Virus record (IMG/VR): IMGVR_UViG_3300017700_000501 | Coordinates: 1-32,652 of that record | Reading direction: 5' to 3' (one strand) | From: a virus | Taxonomy: Duplodnaviria > Caudoviricetes | Length of the DNA: 32,652 nucleotides | In this document: positions 16,823-26,590 of the stretch, piece by piece | How positions within the stretch are numbered: the first letter of the stretch is position 1 | Layout of the letters: every line of letters begins with the position of its first letter | Position numbers and translations under genes: made by a program | The notes under the pieces: generated by a model | What the model was told of the DNA's origin: nothing | The model's database searches: none | Seen by the model: only the letters and a program-made list of their open reading frames with translations

Positions 16823-18835
16823 CTAGAACGACCACCCTTCGACAACCGTGTTCCCCCACGTCGAGGTACCCCACGTGAACCACGTGCGCCCGACCCGCGT
16901 CGGGTCGAGGTGCAGCACCACGTACCACCCGCCGAAACCGAACATGTGCTCGAGCCCGATCACGTGGCCGTAGAGGTCGAGGTCGGAACCGATCGGCACA
17001 CCTGTGCCCGGTGTCAGCTTGGCTTTCTTGCCGACGCGCACGAGGTCGCCCTGCTCGAGCAGCTGAGCGATCGGCGCGAGTGCCGACGCGTTCGGGTCGA
17101 CGTGGAACGCGACCGAGCGGATCGTCGGGTCCGGGTCCGACAACGCGAACACGAGCCACTCGGCGATCTGCGCCGACTCCCGATCTGACCGGTGCAGCAG
17201 ACCCGACAGGCTGATCGGGTTCCGCTGCCCGATCGCAGCGACACTCGCGTCGGCCTGCCGGGTCTGCTGCCGGCCGAACTCGCTCGTCACCTGAGCGACG
17301 TTCGTAATCGACAGCTGATCGTCGAGAATCTCGAGCGAGTCAGCGAGCATCGGGAACGCGGTGCCCGCATCCTGCAGCGTCGGGTCGTCCGACAGGTACA
17401 GCTGCACCGAGGTCGACCTCGAGTCGACCTCGGCCCACTTGCGCGCAGAGAACCGCAGGTCGCCGTGTCGGTCAGCCCACACCCGGCCCTGCTCGGTCTG
17501 CTCGATCTTCTGTAGGAGCTCGAGCGCGTCGGCCTGCCGGTAGCCCTGCAGCGTCACGATCCCTGACACGTCGAGCGCGCCGAGCCGCTCGCTGTAGCCC
17601 GAGCCCGACACGATCGACTCGAGCCGCTCGTCGAGTCGCTGATTCCCCCACGCTGTGCGCGCTGCGTCGGACACCTCGAGCGCGAGCTCTGCGCACTGCG
17701 CTGTCGTCAGGTTGAGCGAGTCCCACGCGACCACGTGGTCGATCACTCCCGCGTAGCGCAGCGTCGGTGACGAACCGAACCGCTCGCGCCCGATGAACTG
17801 CTCGACTGTCGGCCGCTGTGCCGACCACGACTGTGTGGTATCGGTCGCCGGTGCGTCGTCGACATGCACGCCGTCGATCCATATGTCGAGCTTGGCCGAG
17901 TCGCAGCGGGCGAGCAGCACGTGTGTCCGACCGTCGAATAGGAACTGTGCCGACGTGAAATTGCTTTGCCACGCTCGAGCGTCCGACGCGCCGGTGCCGA
18001 ACGGCATCGACACAGCGAGTGATCCGTTCCCGTCGATGTAGAAATTCGCGGTGTTGTCCGGGTTGTTCCCGATGACCGACAGCTGACCGGTGAACAGCCC
18101 GTCGAGCACCGAGGGTGCAGTGCCGAACGGCGCGGTCATCTTCATCACCACGAGCAACATGCTCGAGCCGCCCGCGGCGCCGGTGCCCCACAGCGTCGGC
18201 ACCACCCCGTACCCGTCGCCGGTGCCGTTGCCGAACGCCTTTTCGTCACCATCGACAGCCGGGTCGAACTCGGTCAGACCACCGGTGTGTCGGCCGCGGC
18301 TGCCCGACACGCGGTCGATCCACCCTTCGGGGGACGGTTGAAACCAACGCAGCATGTTCGCGTCGGCCTGCCGGACAGCTGCGTGAAACGCGGTCTCCGG
18401 TGTGTCACCTCGAGCGAGCACCCCGGGCGTGTCCTCTGCTGTCACGTTCACGAGCGACATGCCATTGACCGCGGGCTGTTGCGGCCACCCGTTGCTAACG
18501 AACCCGACCCAACGATCTTCGGTCGTCGCGCTGTACGTCGTCGTGATCCGCACCGGCACACCGAGCCGCAGATCGCCGTAGTACGGGCCCGCGCTGTTCC
18601 GCGGGTCATAGTGCCCGAGCGTGTCCTCGAGCGTGAACGAACACGAGCCCGGTTCGATGTCCGACCTGATCCCCGCGCGGCCCGACACTGTGGTGATACC
18701 GCCCGAACCCTCGGACAGCTGCACGTCGGCGGTGACATCGACCCACGTCGCCGAGCTCAGATCGTCACGCGGTCCCGAGCCGAACGCGAACTCGACGAGC
18801 ACCTCGACCTCGGCCGGCGACCCCGCGTCGCTCAC
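16823..18835 (-). CDS. Minor tail protein with LamG/ConA-like domain
   Basis: WVDVTADV..GR..G.CSFTL.D..G.YDP.N N-terminus; central FDGRTH..IWIDG..IG..AGVIDHV; directly follows the tape measure gene. Confidence 0.75.
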   Translation of the reverse strand: MSDAGSPAEVEVLVEFAFGSGPRDDLSSATWVDVTADVQLSEGSGGITTVSGRAGIRSDIEPGSCSFTLEDTLGHYDPRNSAGPYYGDLRLGVPVRITTTYSATTEDRWVGFVSNGWPQQPAVNGMSLVNVTAEDTPGVLARGDTPETAFHAAVRQADANMLRWFQPSPEGWIDRVSGSRGRHTGGLTEFDPAVDGDEKAFGNGTGDGYGVVPTLWGTGAAGGSSMLLVVMKMTAPFGTAPSVLDGLFTGQLSVIGNNPDNTANFYIDGNGSLAVSMPFGTGASDARAWQSNFTSAQFLFDGRTHVLLARCDSAKLDIWIDGVHVDDAPATDTTQSWSAQRPTVEQFIGRERFGSSPTLRYAGVIDHVVAWDSLNLTTAQCAELALEVSDAARTAWGNQRLDERLESIVSGSGYSERLGALDVSGIVTLQGYRQADALELLQKIEQTEQGRVWADRHGDLRFSARKWAEVDSRSTSVQLYLSDDPTLQDAGTAFPMLADSLEILDDQLSITNVAQVTSEFGRQQTRQADASVAAIGQRNPISLSGLLHRSDRESAQIAEWLVFALSDPDPTIRSVAFHVDPNASALAPIAQLLEQGDLVRVGKKAKLTPGTGVPIGSDLDLYGHVIGLEHMFGFGGWYVVLHLDPTRVGRTWFTWGTSTWGNTVVEGWSF

Positions 18836-21279
18836 TGCTGCACCTGAGCCTTGAGCCGCGGAGCGCGCAGCCCTCGAGCGACAGCCTTTTCGATCGTGTC
18901 CATCACCCACCGCTCGCCGTCGGGCCCGGCGACCGGGCCGAGGAACTGCGGCGCGACGAGAACCGCGGGCTGCACATTCTGCGCACCCGAGCTCAACCCG
19001 CCGATAATGCGCTGTAGCCGGGCCTCCTGCTCGCGGGTGCGGACAGTCTCGCCGGCCTCGAGCAGCGTCATCTGCTCGCCGCCGGTCATGCCCGGAACGA
19101 CACCGCCGATGTGCATGTTCGGGATCGTGAACCCCTTGCCGCCGACACCCGGAATCCAATCGGGCACGGTGAACGAGAACCCGCCGACGGTGTTGTTCCA
19201 CAGCGACTTGATCGCGCCGAACGCTGACCGGAACGGCGACGAAATAGCCTCGGCCACCGAGCCGATCCGGTCACCGATCCCGGTGATCACGTTGACGATC
19301 CCGCCGACCACCCACGACACAGCCGACGCTGCCGCGCTGATCCCTGACGTGATGCCGTTCCACATGCGGCCGACGAACCCGGCGATCCGGCCACCGATCG
19401 ACAGCACCGTCGACACGATGACACCGGTGTTCACGATCACCCACGAGGCGACCTGCCCGAACACCTGCGCGATCTTGAGCACGATCGGCACGACAGTGCC
19501 AGCAATGAACCCGGCGACCGCCTGCAGCGCCGGCCATAGGACACCGGTCCAGATCCCCGCGAGCACCTTGACGTACGCGACGAACACCTCGCCGATGAAC
19601 TTGCCGACGGTCTGCAGCACCGGCCACACGTGGTCGGCGAGGAACCCCGCGACCGCCTGCAGCGCGGGGAGGAACCACTGCGACCACGCGAACGCAAGGT
19701 TTTGCACCACGATCATGAACGTGTCACGCAGGAACCGGCCCACCGCGTCGACCACGTTCCGCACAGCCTCGAACTTGAAGTACAGCGCGACGAGAATCCC
19801 GATCAGTGCACCGATCGCGAGCGCGATCAGAATGATCGGGTTCGCAGCGAGCACCGCGTTCAACACGGCGAACGCTGCCGACGCCGCGCGCACCGCCTGC
19901 GACAGCTTCGCGACGATCAGCAGCGCACCGAACCCGGCAGCCGCGCCGAGGAGCGCAGCGCCGAGCACCTTGAACACTGTCTGATTCCGCGACACGAGCC
20001 CGAACAGGTCGGTCAGCACACCCCACACGCGGGTGATGCCGGCCACGAGCACGTCGCGCACGATCGGCAGCACTGTCATCACCGCCGACTTGAGCGTGTC
20101 GAACACGCGCCGGGCGATCAGCCCGAACTGCTCGAGCTTGCCGGCGAACCCGCTCGAGGTGACATCGTTGCCGCCGTCGCGGAACGCGCCGACGAATGCC
20201 ATCACCCCACCGATCGCCTCGTCGGTGATCGGCCCGAGCCGGTCGAGCCCGTCGCCTATCGCGTTGAACACACCGGACGCGAGCGGCTCGAGCCCGACGA
20301 ACACCCGGTTTTTCAGCTTCGCGAACTTCTCGCCGAAATCCTCGGTGTCGCCGGTCGCCTTCGCGATCGTGTCGGTGCCGCCCGTGATCGCGGCGAGCAT
20401 GTCGCCGAGCTCGAACTTTCCGCCCGCGATCGCGTCGGCGAGGTCGGGCCCGGCGCGCTGGCCGAACAACTCGATCGCCTTGCCGGTCGCCTCGCTGCCC
20501 GGGCCGAGCGCGGTTATCTCCTCGACCACCCGTTTGAACGTCGACGGCACGTCCTCGCCGGCCTTCGCGAGCTTGCCTACACCGGCCTTGAGCCCCGCGA
20601 TCACGGTGTCGGTGTTCACACCGGTCTTGCTGAACTGCGCGAGGAGCGCAGTCGATTCGTCGAGCCCGAACCCAAGGTTGCGCAGCGGTGCACCGAACTG
20701 CACTAGCTGCGCCTGCAGATCACCGATCGGCGCGCCGGACGCCTGCGCCGCGCGGAACAGCTTGTCGAGGGTGCCCGACTGGTCACCCGTCGCGACACCC
20801 CAATCGCCGAACAGCCGGGTCACCTGATCGACGTTCGTCGCGAGGTCGGTGCCGGTGAGCCGCGACAGGTTGAGCACCTGAGTCGAGAGATCCTGCAGCG
20901 GTGTGCCGGTCAGACCGAGCCGCTGCGACAGCCCCGCGATCGCGGTCGACGCGGTGCCGAAATCATCCGGCACATTCTGCACCACAGCCTTGAAATCAGA
21001 CTCGAGCCCGGCGAGCTCGGTGCCCGTCGCGCCGGTCGTGATCCGAATGTTGTCGTAGGCCTTATCGAACGAACCGCCGAGCGCGAACAGCCCGGCGCCG
21101 ACACCGAGGAACGCGGCACCGAACGCGACAGCGAGCCCCGCGGCGACCACCGCGAGCTTGCTACCCCAGCCGGCAGCCTTGCCGGTGAACGAGCCGAGGT
21201 CGCCGTCGGCATCGTTGAGGGTGCTCGACAGCTTGGACTTGTCACCGGTGATCGTGATTTTGACGTCACCGCGTGCCAT
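18832..21279 (-). CDS. Tape measure protein
   Basis: 815 aa, Ala/Gly-rich helical protein with periodic W/F repeats; follows the chaperone gene. Confidence 0.92.
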   Translation of the reverse strand: MARGDVKITITGDKSKLSSTLNDADGDLGSFTGKAAGWGSKLAVVAAGLAVAFGAAFLGVGAGLFALGGSFDKAYDNIRITTGATGTELAGLESDFKAVVQNVPDDFGTASTAIAGLSQRLGLTGTPLQDLSTQVLNLSRLTGTDLATNVDQVTRLFGDWGVATGDQSGTLDKLFRAAQASGAPIGDLQAQLVQFGAPLRNLGFGLDESTALLAQFSKTGVNTDTVIAGLKAGVGKLAKAGEDVPSTFKRVVEEITALGPGSEATGKAIELFGQRAGPDLADAIAGGKFELGDMLAAITGGTDTIAKATGDTEDFGEKFAKLKNRVFVGLEPLASGVFNAIGDGLDRLGPITDEAIGGVMAFVGAFRDGGNDVTSSGFAGKLEQFGLIARRVFDTLKSAVMTVLPIVRDVLVAGITRVWGVLTDLFGLVSRNQTVFKVLGAALLGAAAGFGALLIVAKLSQAVRAASAAFAVLNAVLAANPIILIALAIGALIGILVALYFKFEAVRNVVDAVGRFLRDTFMIVVQNLAFAWSQWFLPALQAVAGFLADHVWPVLQTVGKFIGEVFVAYVKVLAGIWTGVLWPALQAVAGFIAGTVVPIVLKIAQVFGQVASWVIVNTGVIVSTVLSIGGRIAGFVGRMWNGITSGISAAASAVSWVVGGIVNVITGIGDRIGSVAEAISSPFRSAFGAIKSLWNNTVGGFSFTVPDWIPGVGGKGFTIPNMHIGGVVPGMTGGEQMTLLEAGETVRTREQEARLQRIIGGLSSGAQNVQPAVLVAPQFLGPVAGPDGERWVMDTIEKAVARGLRAPRLKAQVQQ

Positions 21280-21282
21280 CGG

Positions 21283-21462
21283 TCAGCCCTTCCCCTTCGG
21301 TGATCCCATGATCGACCACCCGATCGGCGGCAGCTTGCGCAGCGCCGTTGCGTACACCTCGAGCTCGTCGCGAGTCATGTTGTCGAGGTCGTCCGGCACG
21401 AGGTGGAACCAATGCGACAGCGCCGGCAGCTGTGCCCTCAGCTGCCGGCGTGGGCTTCCGGG
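21283..21462 (-). CDS. -1 frame extension of the tail assembly chaperone (gpGT-like)
   Basis: Open -1 frame encoding ...LRAQLPALSHWFHLVPDDLDNMTRDELEVYATALRKLPP..., ending just before the TMP start. Confidence 0.7.
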   Translation of the reverse strand, partial: PGSPRRQLRAQLPALSHWFHLVPDDLDNMTRDELEVYATALRKLPPIGWSIMGSPKGKG

Positions 21463-21803
21463 CGGTCCTCGTCGTCGTCGTCGCCGAGGATCTGTACGTC
21501 GATGTCGCTGTCCATCGACAACGCCTCGGCGATCGCGTCGAATGTGACACCCGAGTCATCACCCTCGCCGAGCCGGGCGAGGAACACGAGCGCCGCGACC
21601 ATGAACAACGCGGGCTTGTCCGACCCGAGAGCGTTGAACACTTCCACGTAGGTGAGCCGGGCCTGCTGCCACAGTGCGAGCTCGTGTCGGTGCGTGATGT
21701 CCGCGGTGTCGAACCGGTACGTCTGACCGTCGACCTTGATGTCGATTCGTACACGATTGTCACCGGTCTTTTTCTGAGCTCGGCGGGCGGGTCGGCTTGG
21801 CAT
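21438..21803 (-). CDS. Tail assembly chaperone
   Basis: 121 aa; located upstream of the TMP; RBS AGGAG. Confidence 0.75.
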   Translation of the reverse strand: MPSRPARRAQKKTGDNRVRIDIKVDGQTYRFDTADITHRHELALWQQARLTYVEVFNALGSDKPALFMVAALVFLARLGEGDDSGVTFDAIAEALSMDSDIDVQILGDDDDEDRPEAHAGS

Positions 21804-21828
21804 CGGGCGGTCACTCCTGAGTAGTCGG

Positions 21829-21857
21829 TCGAGCTCGAGCTCGAGCTCGGGCTCGAG
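21829..21857. repeat. Intergenic TCGAGC array
   Basis: tcgagctcgagctcgagctcgggctcgag between the stop at 21859 and the chaperone RBS. Confidence 0.85.
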
Positions 21858-21858
21858 G

Positions 21859-22305
21859 TTAGGACACCTCGAGCCCGATCAGCGCGAACAGTGTCAGCAC
21901 TTCCTCGGTGAACGCGTCGCGTATCTCGGGCTCGCGGGTGCGGATCTGCTGTGCGATCACGTACGGGCCATCACCGGCGAGCACGTCCCACCGGTTACCG
22001 ACCCACTCGGGGAACTGCGGTCGCTTGCCACCGAGGAACGCGCCGAGCCCAAACGGCACTTTCGACGTGTTGCGGATCGCGAGCTCTGCACCCTTGACCG
22101 AGCCGGCAGCGAGCAGCGTCGAGGCTGCCCGCTGCTGCTGCGCTGTGCCCGACGCGGCGCCGGCCCTCGAGCCCTGCTCGACGATCTTGCCGATCCGGCG
22201 GTGCGCTGTCCGTAGATCCTTCGTCGAGCCCGACACAGCCTTGAGCCCCGCGCGTAGCTCGGCCATCGCGGCCCGGTCGACCTCGAACGCGGGTGCGACA
22301 GCCAC
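21859..22305 (-). CDS. Neck/tail completion protein (HK97 gp10-like)
   Basis: Size, position and ELRAGLKA...LR.AH..I pattern. Confidence 0.55.
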   Translation of the reverse strand: MAVAPAFEVDRAAMAELRAGLKAVSGSTKDLRTAHRRIGKIVEQGSRAGAASGTAQQQRAASTLLAAGSVKGAELAIRNTSKVPFGLGAFLGGKRPQFPEWVGNRWDVLAGDGPYVIAQQIRTREPEIRDAFTEEVLTLFALIGLEVS

Positions 22306-22308
22306 CGG

Positions 22309-23301
22309 TTAGACGGCGGTGATGTAGGCGGCTGTGATCGGCTGATTGGTGCCGAGGGTGCGAGCGACACCGCTGATCGACTGCGACGGCATCTCGAGCG
22401 AGAGACCACCGAGCGACACCTCGTCGAGTCGCACAGCCGGACACGTCAGGTTGAGCGCCGGGTACGTCGACCCGGTGATCGGTGCCGGACCCTGCGACAG
22501 CGCCTCGAACTTGATCAGCGTCGATGCTCGAGCGGTCGCAGCGAACTTCGCCCACAGCGCGAGGTCGGTGCGGTCGCACTCGAACTCGACCGCGACCTCG
22601 CGGTACCCGTCCGACACCGGTTCTTTGCGACCGGTGCTCGGGCTCGCACCCGAGCCGGCCATGTAGTGCCGGTCGGTCTTGAGCTTGCTGTCGCACGACA
22701 CCGACCACGAGGTGACCGGGACCACCACGTCGTCGACCTCGACCGACGCGTTCGCCCACGAGAACAACTCGGCGCCCGTCGGGTAGCTCGCAGTCGCGAG
22801 AGCGGTGCCGGTCGACAGGTCGGCGAACACGAGCTCGGCCTCGAAGTTGAGCACACCCTCGACCTCGCTCGACAGTGTCCACTTGCCGATCTTGCCACCG
22901 GCCCACGTGAACGCCTGATCGGTGTCCTGACACGCGCCGAGCGGCACATTCTCCTGATACGTGAACGACAGCCCGCACAGGTCGTTCATCGTTGCGGTGT
23001 GCGTCTCGGCGCCGGTGACCGGGCTGTTCGTCGCGACCTGCACGTCGCCGAGCATGTGCAGCAGCCACCAATCGAACCCGAGCGTCAGCGCCTCGATCTG
23101 CCGGGTGCCGCTGCCGCCGAGGCGGTACGGCAGGAACCGGTCGGCAGCCATCACGATCTGACCGGATCGCAGCGACTCGGACTCGGTTCGGCCGGTCTCG
23201 AGCGCGATCGGGTCGCCGGGTAGGAACTCGAAAAACGTGTCGACCACGACAGCTGTGCCGTACGTGGTCTCATTCTTGAGCCCGATCTGATGATCGACCA
23301 T
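22309..23301 (-). CDS. Major tail (tube) protein
   Basis: IGLKNETTYGTAV start; SFTYQ...GGKI..W.L pattern; 330 aa. Confidence 0.8.
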   Translation of the reverse strand: MVDHQIGLKNETTYGTAVVVDTFFEFLPGDPIALETGRTESESLRSGQIVMAADRFLPYRLGGSGTRQIEALTLGFDWWLLHMLGDVQVATNSPVTGAETHTATMNDLCGLSFTYQENVPLGACQDTDQAFTWAGGKIGKWTLSSEVEGVLNFEAELVFADLSTGTALATASYPTGAELFSWANASVEVDDVVVPVTSWSVSCDSKLKTDRHYMAGSGASPSTGRKEPVSDGYREVAVEFECDRTDLALWAKFAATARASTLIKFEALSQGPAPITGSTYPALNLTCPAVRLDEVSLGGLSLEMPSQSISGVARTLGTNQPITAAYITAV

Positions 23302-23304
23302 CGG

Positions 23305-23571
23305 TTAGCCCTCCTCGGGTGCTGCGACCTCGGTCGCTGTGTCGGTGGGCGGTGTGGTCTGACTCTTGCTCTTGCTCTTGGACTTGCTCGAGCTCGAGGA
23401 GCTCGAGCTCCTCGACTTCACGGGCGCCCAATTGTCGCGCTGCTCGAGCAGCCCGGCGGCGATCGTGTCAGTGCACTCGAGCACAGCACCCTTTTCGACA
23501 GCCTGCCAGCGCGCCGGCGCGACCTCGACCTCGACCGATGCGAACTTGCCGGTGTAGCGCACCTTTTTCAT
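23305..23571 (-). CDS. Small virion-module protein with Ser/Lys/Thr tail
   Basis: ATG at 23571 overlaps the stop at 23568; tail SSSSSSSSKSKSKSKSQTT. Confidence 0.65.
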   Translation of the reverse strand: MKKVRYTGKFASVEVEVAPARWQAVEKGAVLECTDTIAAGLLEQRDNWAPVKSRSSSSSSSSKSKSKSKSQTTPPTDTATEVAAPEEG

Positions 23572-24059
23572 GAGCCCTCGATTCTTGTGTCGAACGTGAT
23601 GAGCAGCCGGCAGCCTGAGCCGACACCCTCTTTCGTGTACCACGGGTTCGGCCCGTCGAGCTCGGTTAGCACAGCCGACACGAGCCCCGGCAGCCCGGCG
23701 CCGCTGAGCTCGAGCGTCGGCGAGTCAGCGAGCACCGAGCGCACGAGCTCGGCGCCGGCCTCGGCTGATACGTCGACCTCGGTGAAGTCGGCAGTACCGC
23801 TCGCCCACGCGAGCGACAGCACCTCGAGCGAATACCGATCGTTGTAGGCCTTGCGACCCGACTTCATCGTCGGCACCGACGTGCCCACGAACTCGAGGTC
23901 GCCGAGCGCAATGATCCCCGCTGCGACCTGATCGCGCTCGAGACCACGGCGCACGATCGTCGAGCTCGGCACACGCGACGGGTCGGCGCGCCGGGCGAGC
24001 TCGAGGAGCTCGAGCAGTCGGGCCAGCGCAGCAGTACGCGTGAACGCTGTAGCCGTCAC
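23568..24059 (-). CDS. Tail terminator-like protein
   Basis: 163 aa; located between the connector and major tail genes. Confidence 0.55.
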   Translation of the reverse strand: MTATAFTRTAALARLLELLELARRADPSRVPSSTIVRRGLERDQVAAGIIALGDLEFVGTSVPTMKSGRKAYNDRYSLEVLSLAWASGTADFTEVDVSAEAGAELVRSVLADSPTLELSGAGLPGLVSAVLTELDGPNPWYTKEGVGSGCRLLITFDTRIEGS

Positions 24060-24895
24060 GCGATCGCCATTGCCGGCCGGCGGAGCTCGGTGATCAGCGG
24101 GTCGAGCGTCAGGTACCCGGTCCACCGGCCTGCAGCCGGGTCCGGGGTCGAGTACCTGATCGACACACCGCCGTCGGGTGAGGTCTCGCTGATCGCGTTC
24201 GACGGCGCCTGAGCGCCACGCGAGAACACCTCGGACCTGCACACCTTCTTGAGCTCACGCGACAGCTTCGGCGGTGGGCGGTCGAGACCCGACTCGAGGT
24301 GCACCTCGACCGCGGCGCCACGAGGAAACGTGCCCTCGAGCTCGAGGAACCCGGCCGACGGGTCGAGCGTGTAGCGGGTGCCGGCGACGAGCTCGCCGTC
24401 GATCCACACCGCGCGGATCACCCGCGGCGCGTTGTGCTCGAGGAGTAGGAACCCGAGCCCGGTGCCGCGGTGGTGCTCGATGTCATAGCCCGGCGTGAAC
24501 CTCACGTTGCACAGATCCTCGACATGCTCTGACCATTCGTCGATCACCTCGTCGAGCAGCTGATCAGGGAACCGGGTCAGGTCGGTCATGCCGGGCTCGG
24601 CGCGCAACGCGCCTCGAGTCACGATCAGCGACCCGATCACCTCGACCTCGACCTCGGCCGTCGCCGGCAGCGAGTCGACCACAGCGTCGACCGACACGAG
24701 CAGCCGGTCGAGCTCGTCGGTGTGCGACGCGGCGAGCAACCGGATCGACACACTCGAGCCGACCACGGTGCACACCGGTGCCGGCGAGAGCTCCTGCCCG
24801 TCCGCGGTGGTGCACACAGCTGTCGGTGTGCCGGTCGGCGCAGCGTTGAACGGGTCGGTCAGCACGTCGACAGTCGATCCTCGCGCTACGCGCAT
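24056..24895 (-). CDS. Head-tail connector/adaptor
   Basis: C-terminal gp6/gp15-like pattern (VEDLCNVRF...G.D.PP..L...TG..T.DPLI); extra N-terminal beta domain. Confidence 0.7.
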   Translation of the reverse strand: MRVARGSTVDVLTDPFNAAPTGTPTAVCTTADGQELSPAPVCTVVGSSVSIRLLAASHTDELDRLLVSVDAVVDSLPATAEVEVEVIGSLIVTRGALRAEPGMTDLTRFPDQLLDEVIDEWSEHVEDLCNVRFTPGYDIEHHRGTGLGFLLLEHNAPRVIRAVWIDGELVAGTRYTLDPSAGFLELEGTFPRGAAVEVHLESGLDRPPPKLSRELKKVCRSEVFSRGAQAPSNAISETSPDGGVSIRYSTPDPAAGRWTGYLTLDPLITELRRPAMAIA

Positions 24896-24908
24896 TCGTA
24901 CACCTCGA

Positions 24909-25730
24909 TCAGATGAGCTCGGGCCGGCGCCACCACATGAAACTAGCCGCGGCAGCGAGGATCAGCAGCGGACCGGGTATCACCTCGGCGGCAGCGAGCG
25001 CCACCACCGGCCCGGCCGCGGTGTGCAGCAGTCGCACAGTGTCCGTCGCGACGAGCAGCTGCGCGTGCGCAGCGACGAGCGTCGACACAACAGCGACCGA
25101 CGGGCGCACGAGCGCAGCGAGCGACGCGCCCCACGGCCACAGCCACAGCCACGCGTCGCGGGCCCGGTCGCGGTGCGCCTCGAGCGCAGTCCTCACCGGG
25201 TGATTGTGCACCTCGAGCAGCGTCGGGTTCCCCGCCGTCACCGGGTCGAGCTCGGGCCTCGAGCACACAGCCCGGATCGCGGGTGCGAGCAGCCCGACGA
25301 GCAGCAGCGGGTGCCACGCCCACAGTGCAGCGAACACCGGGGTCGACTCCTTGACCGAGCCGGCGACGAGCACGAGCACCACCGCAGCCGGCCACCACCC
25401 GAGCTCGAGGAGCGCAGCAGCCCACAGACCCACAGCGAGCGCCGGCAGATCGACACCCACCGGGCGCACGACCACCGGGCCGAGCAGACCCGGCAGCGCC
25501 ACGAGGAGCGCAGCAGCGCCCACAGCCGGCCCGAGCTCGAGCCCTCGGCCGAGTGCGAGCACGACCATCGCTGCAGCTGTCAGCGGCCACGACAGCGACC
25601 ACACGATCCACCACCGGCGCGGCACGTCCCGGCACACGAACGGCAGCAGCCACCGCAGGTGGAACGGGCGCGCCACCCGGTGCCCCTGCCCGGCGAGCAC
25701 GTACCGCGCGGAGTCGGGCCCGAGTCTCAT
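24909..25730 (-). CDS. Multi-pass membrane protein, GT-C glycosyltransferase-like
   Basis: About 7-8 hydrophobic segments; early D..RY and PF.LR.LLP, then loop D (VGVDLP) and GSVKES; coupled to the GT gene. Confidence 0.55.
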   Translation of the reverse strand: MRLGPDSARYVLAGQGHRVARPFHLRWLLPFVCRDVPRRWWIVWSLSWPLTAAAMVVLALGRGLELGPAVGAAALLVALPGLLGPVVVRPVGVDLPALAVGLWAAALLELGWWPAAVVLVLVAGSVKESTPVFAALWAWHPLLLVGLLAPAIRAVCSRPELDPVTAGNPTLLEVHNHPVRTALEAHRDRARDAWLWLWPWGASLAALVRPSVAVVSTLVAAHAQLLVATDTVRLLHTAAGPVVALAAAEVIPGPLLILAAAASFMWWRRPELI

Positions 25731-26590
25731 TTCGACCCCTTCCGCTGCCGGCGTGTCGCCCGGTTGCCACCGATGACCGGTGCGCCCACGAGCCCGGTCT
25801 CGACCTCCTGTGGAGGTTGAGACTTTCCACCCTGCCGAGGGTGCACCCTCGAGCTCGACTCGACGTTGAGAGTCGGCGGGTGATCGGCCGGCCCGACCCA
25901 CGTCGTTTTCTGATGATTCGTCGGCACACCGGTGTGCACCCACGTCGAGAACCCGAGCGCAGCAGCACGGGCACACATACTCAGATCCTCGGACAGATAG
26001 CGCCCGGCGCCGGCCGGCACCTTGTCGTACCACGTCGGCCCGTACTCGGCGCCGATCGCCTCGAGCGCGTTGCGGTGGATCAGGATGCACGCGGAACCGG
26101 TGCCGGCGCACTGCACCACAGTGTTCGGCGGGTACTCGAGCGCAGCAGCGAACACGCGCTCGCCGTTGTCGCCCTCGGTGAATTGGAAGATCGTCGGCCG
26201 AGCTCGGCACCGGTAGCCGCGCAGCCCGTCCGGTTCAGCCTCGAGCCACGCGAAACACAGCGCACCGACAATCGGTCGTTCCACCGGGTCGGCGACCTCG
26301 AGCAGCGCGTCGAGGGTGCCCGGCGCGAATCCCATATCGGTGTCGAGAATGAACAGCCACTCGCCGTCGGTCTCGAGGAACTGCGACGCGACAAGGTTGC
26401 GCGCCTCGATCAGATTGCCGGCGTGGCACTTCTGTGCGATCCACGTCGACAGCCGGTGATCGTGCGCCGCGTCGTATAGCACGAGGTCGAGCAGCGCAGC
26501 GTGCCAGCTGTGCGCGACCTCCTGAGCGTGAACGTACGCGAGCACCACGTCGGGACGCGCCGACGCGGGCTCGGTGCCCGGCGCGGTCAC
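25727..26590 (-). CDS. GT-A fold (GT2-like) glycosyltransferase
   Basis: ARNLVASQFL..EWLFILDTDM (DxD), GSACILIHR, LSEDLSMC, H-K motifs. Confidence 0.85.
   Translation of the reverse strand: MTAPGTEPASARPDVVLAYVHAQEVAHSWHAALLDLVLYDAAHDHRLSTWIAQKCHAGNLIEARNLVASQFLETDGEWLFILDTDMGFAPGTLDALLEVADPVERPIVGALCFAWLEAEPDGLRGYRCRARPTIFQFTEGDNGERVFAAALEYPPNTVVQCAGTGSACILIHRNALEAIGAEYGPTWYDKVPAGAGRYLSEDLSMCARAAALGFSTWVHTGVPTNHQKTTWVGPADHPPTLNVESSSRVHPRQGGKSQPPQEVETGLVGAPVIGGNRATRRQRKGSK

Noticed and set aside
21266-21814. 182-aa ORF as the chaperone frameshift partner
   Set aside because: It is the +1 frame with an implausible sequence. The -1 frame ending at 21283 gives the gpT-like peptide.
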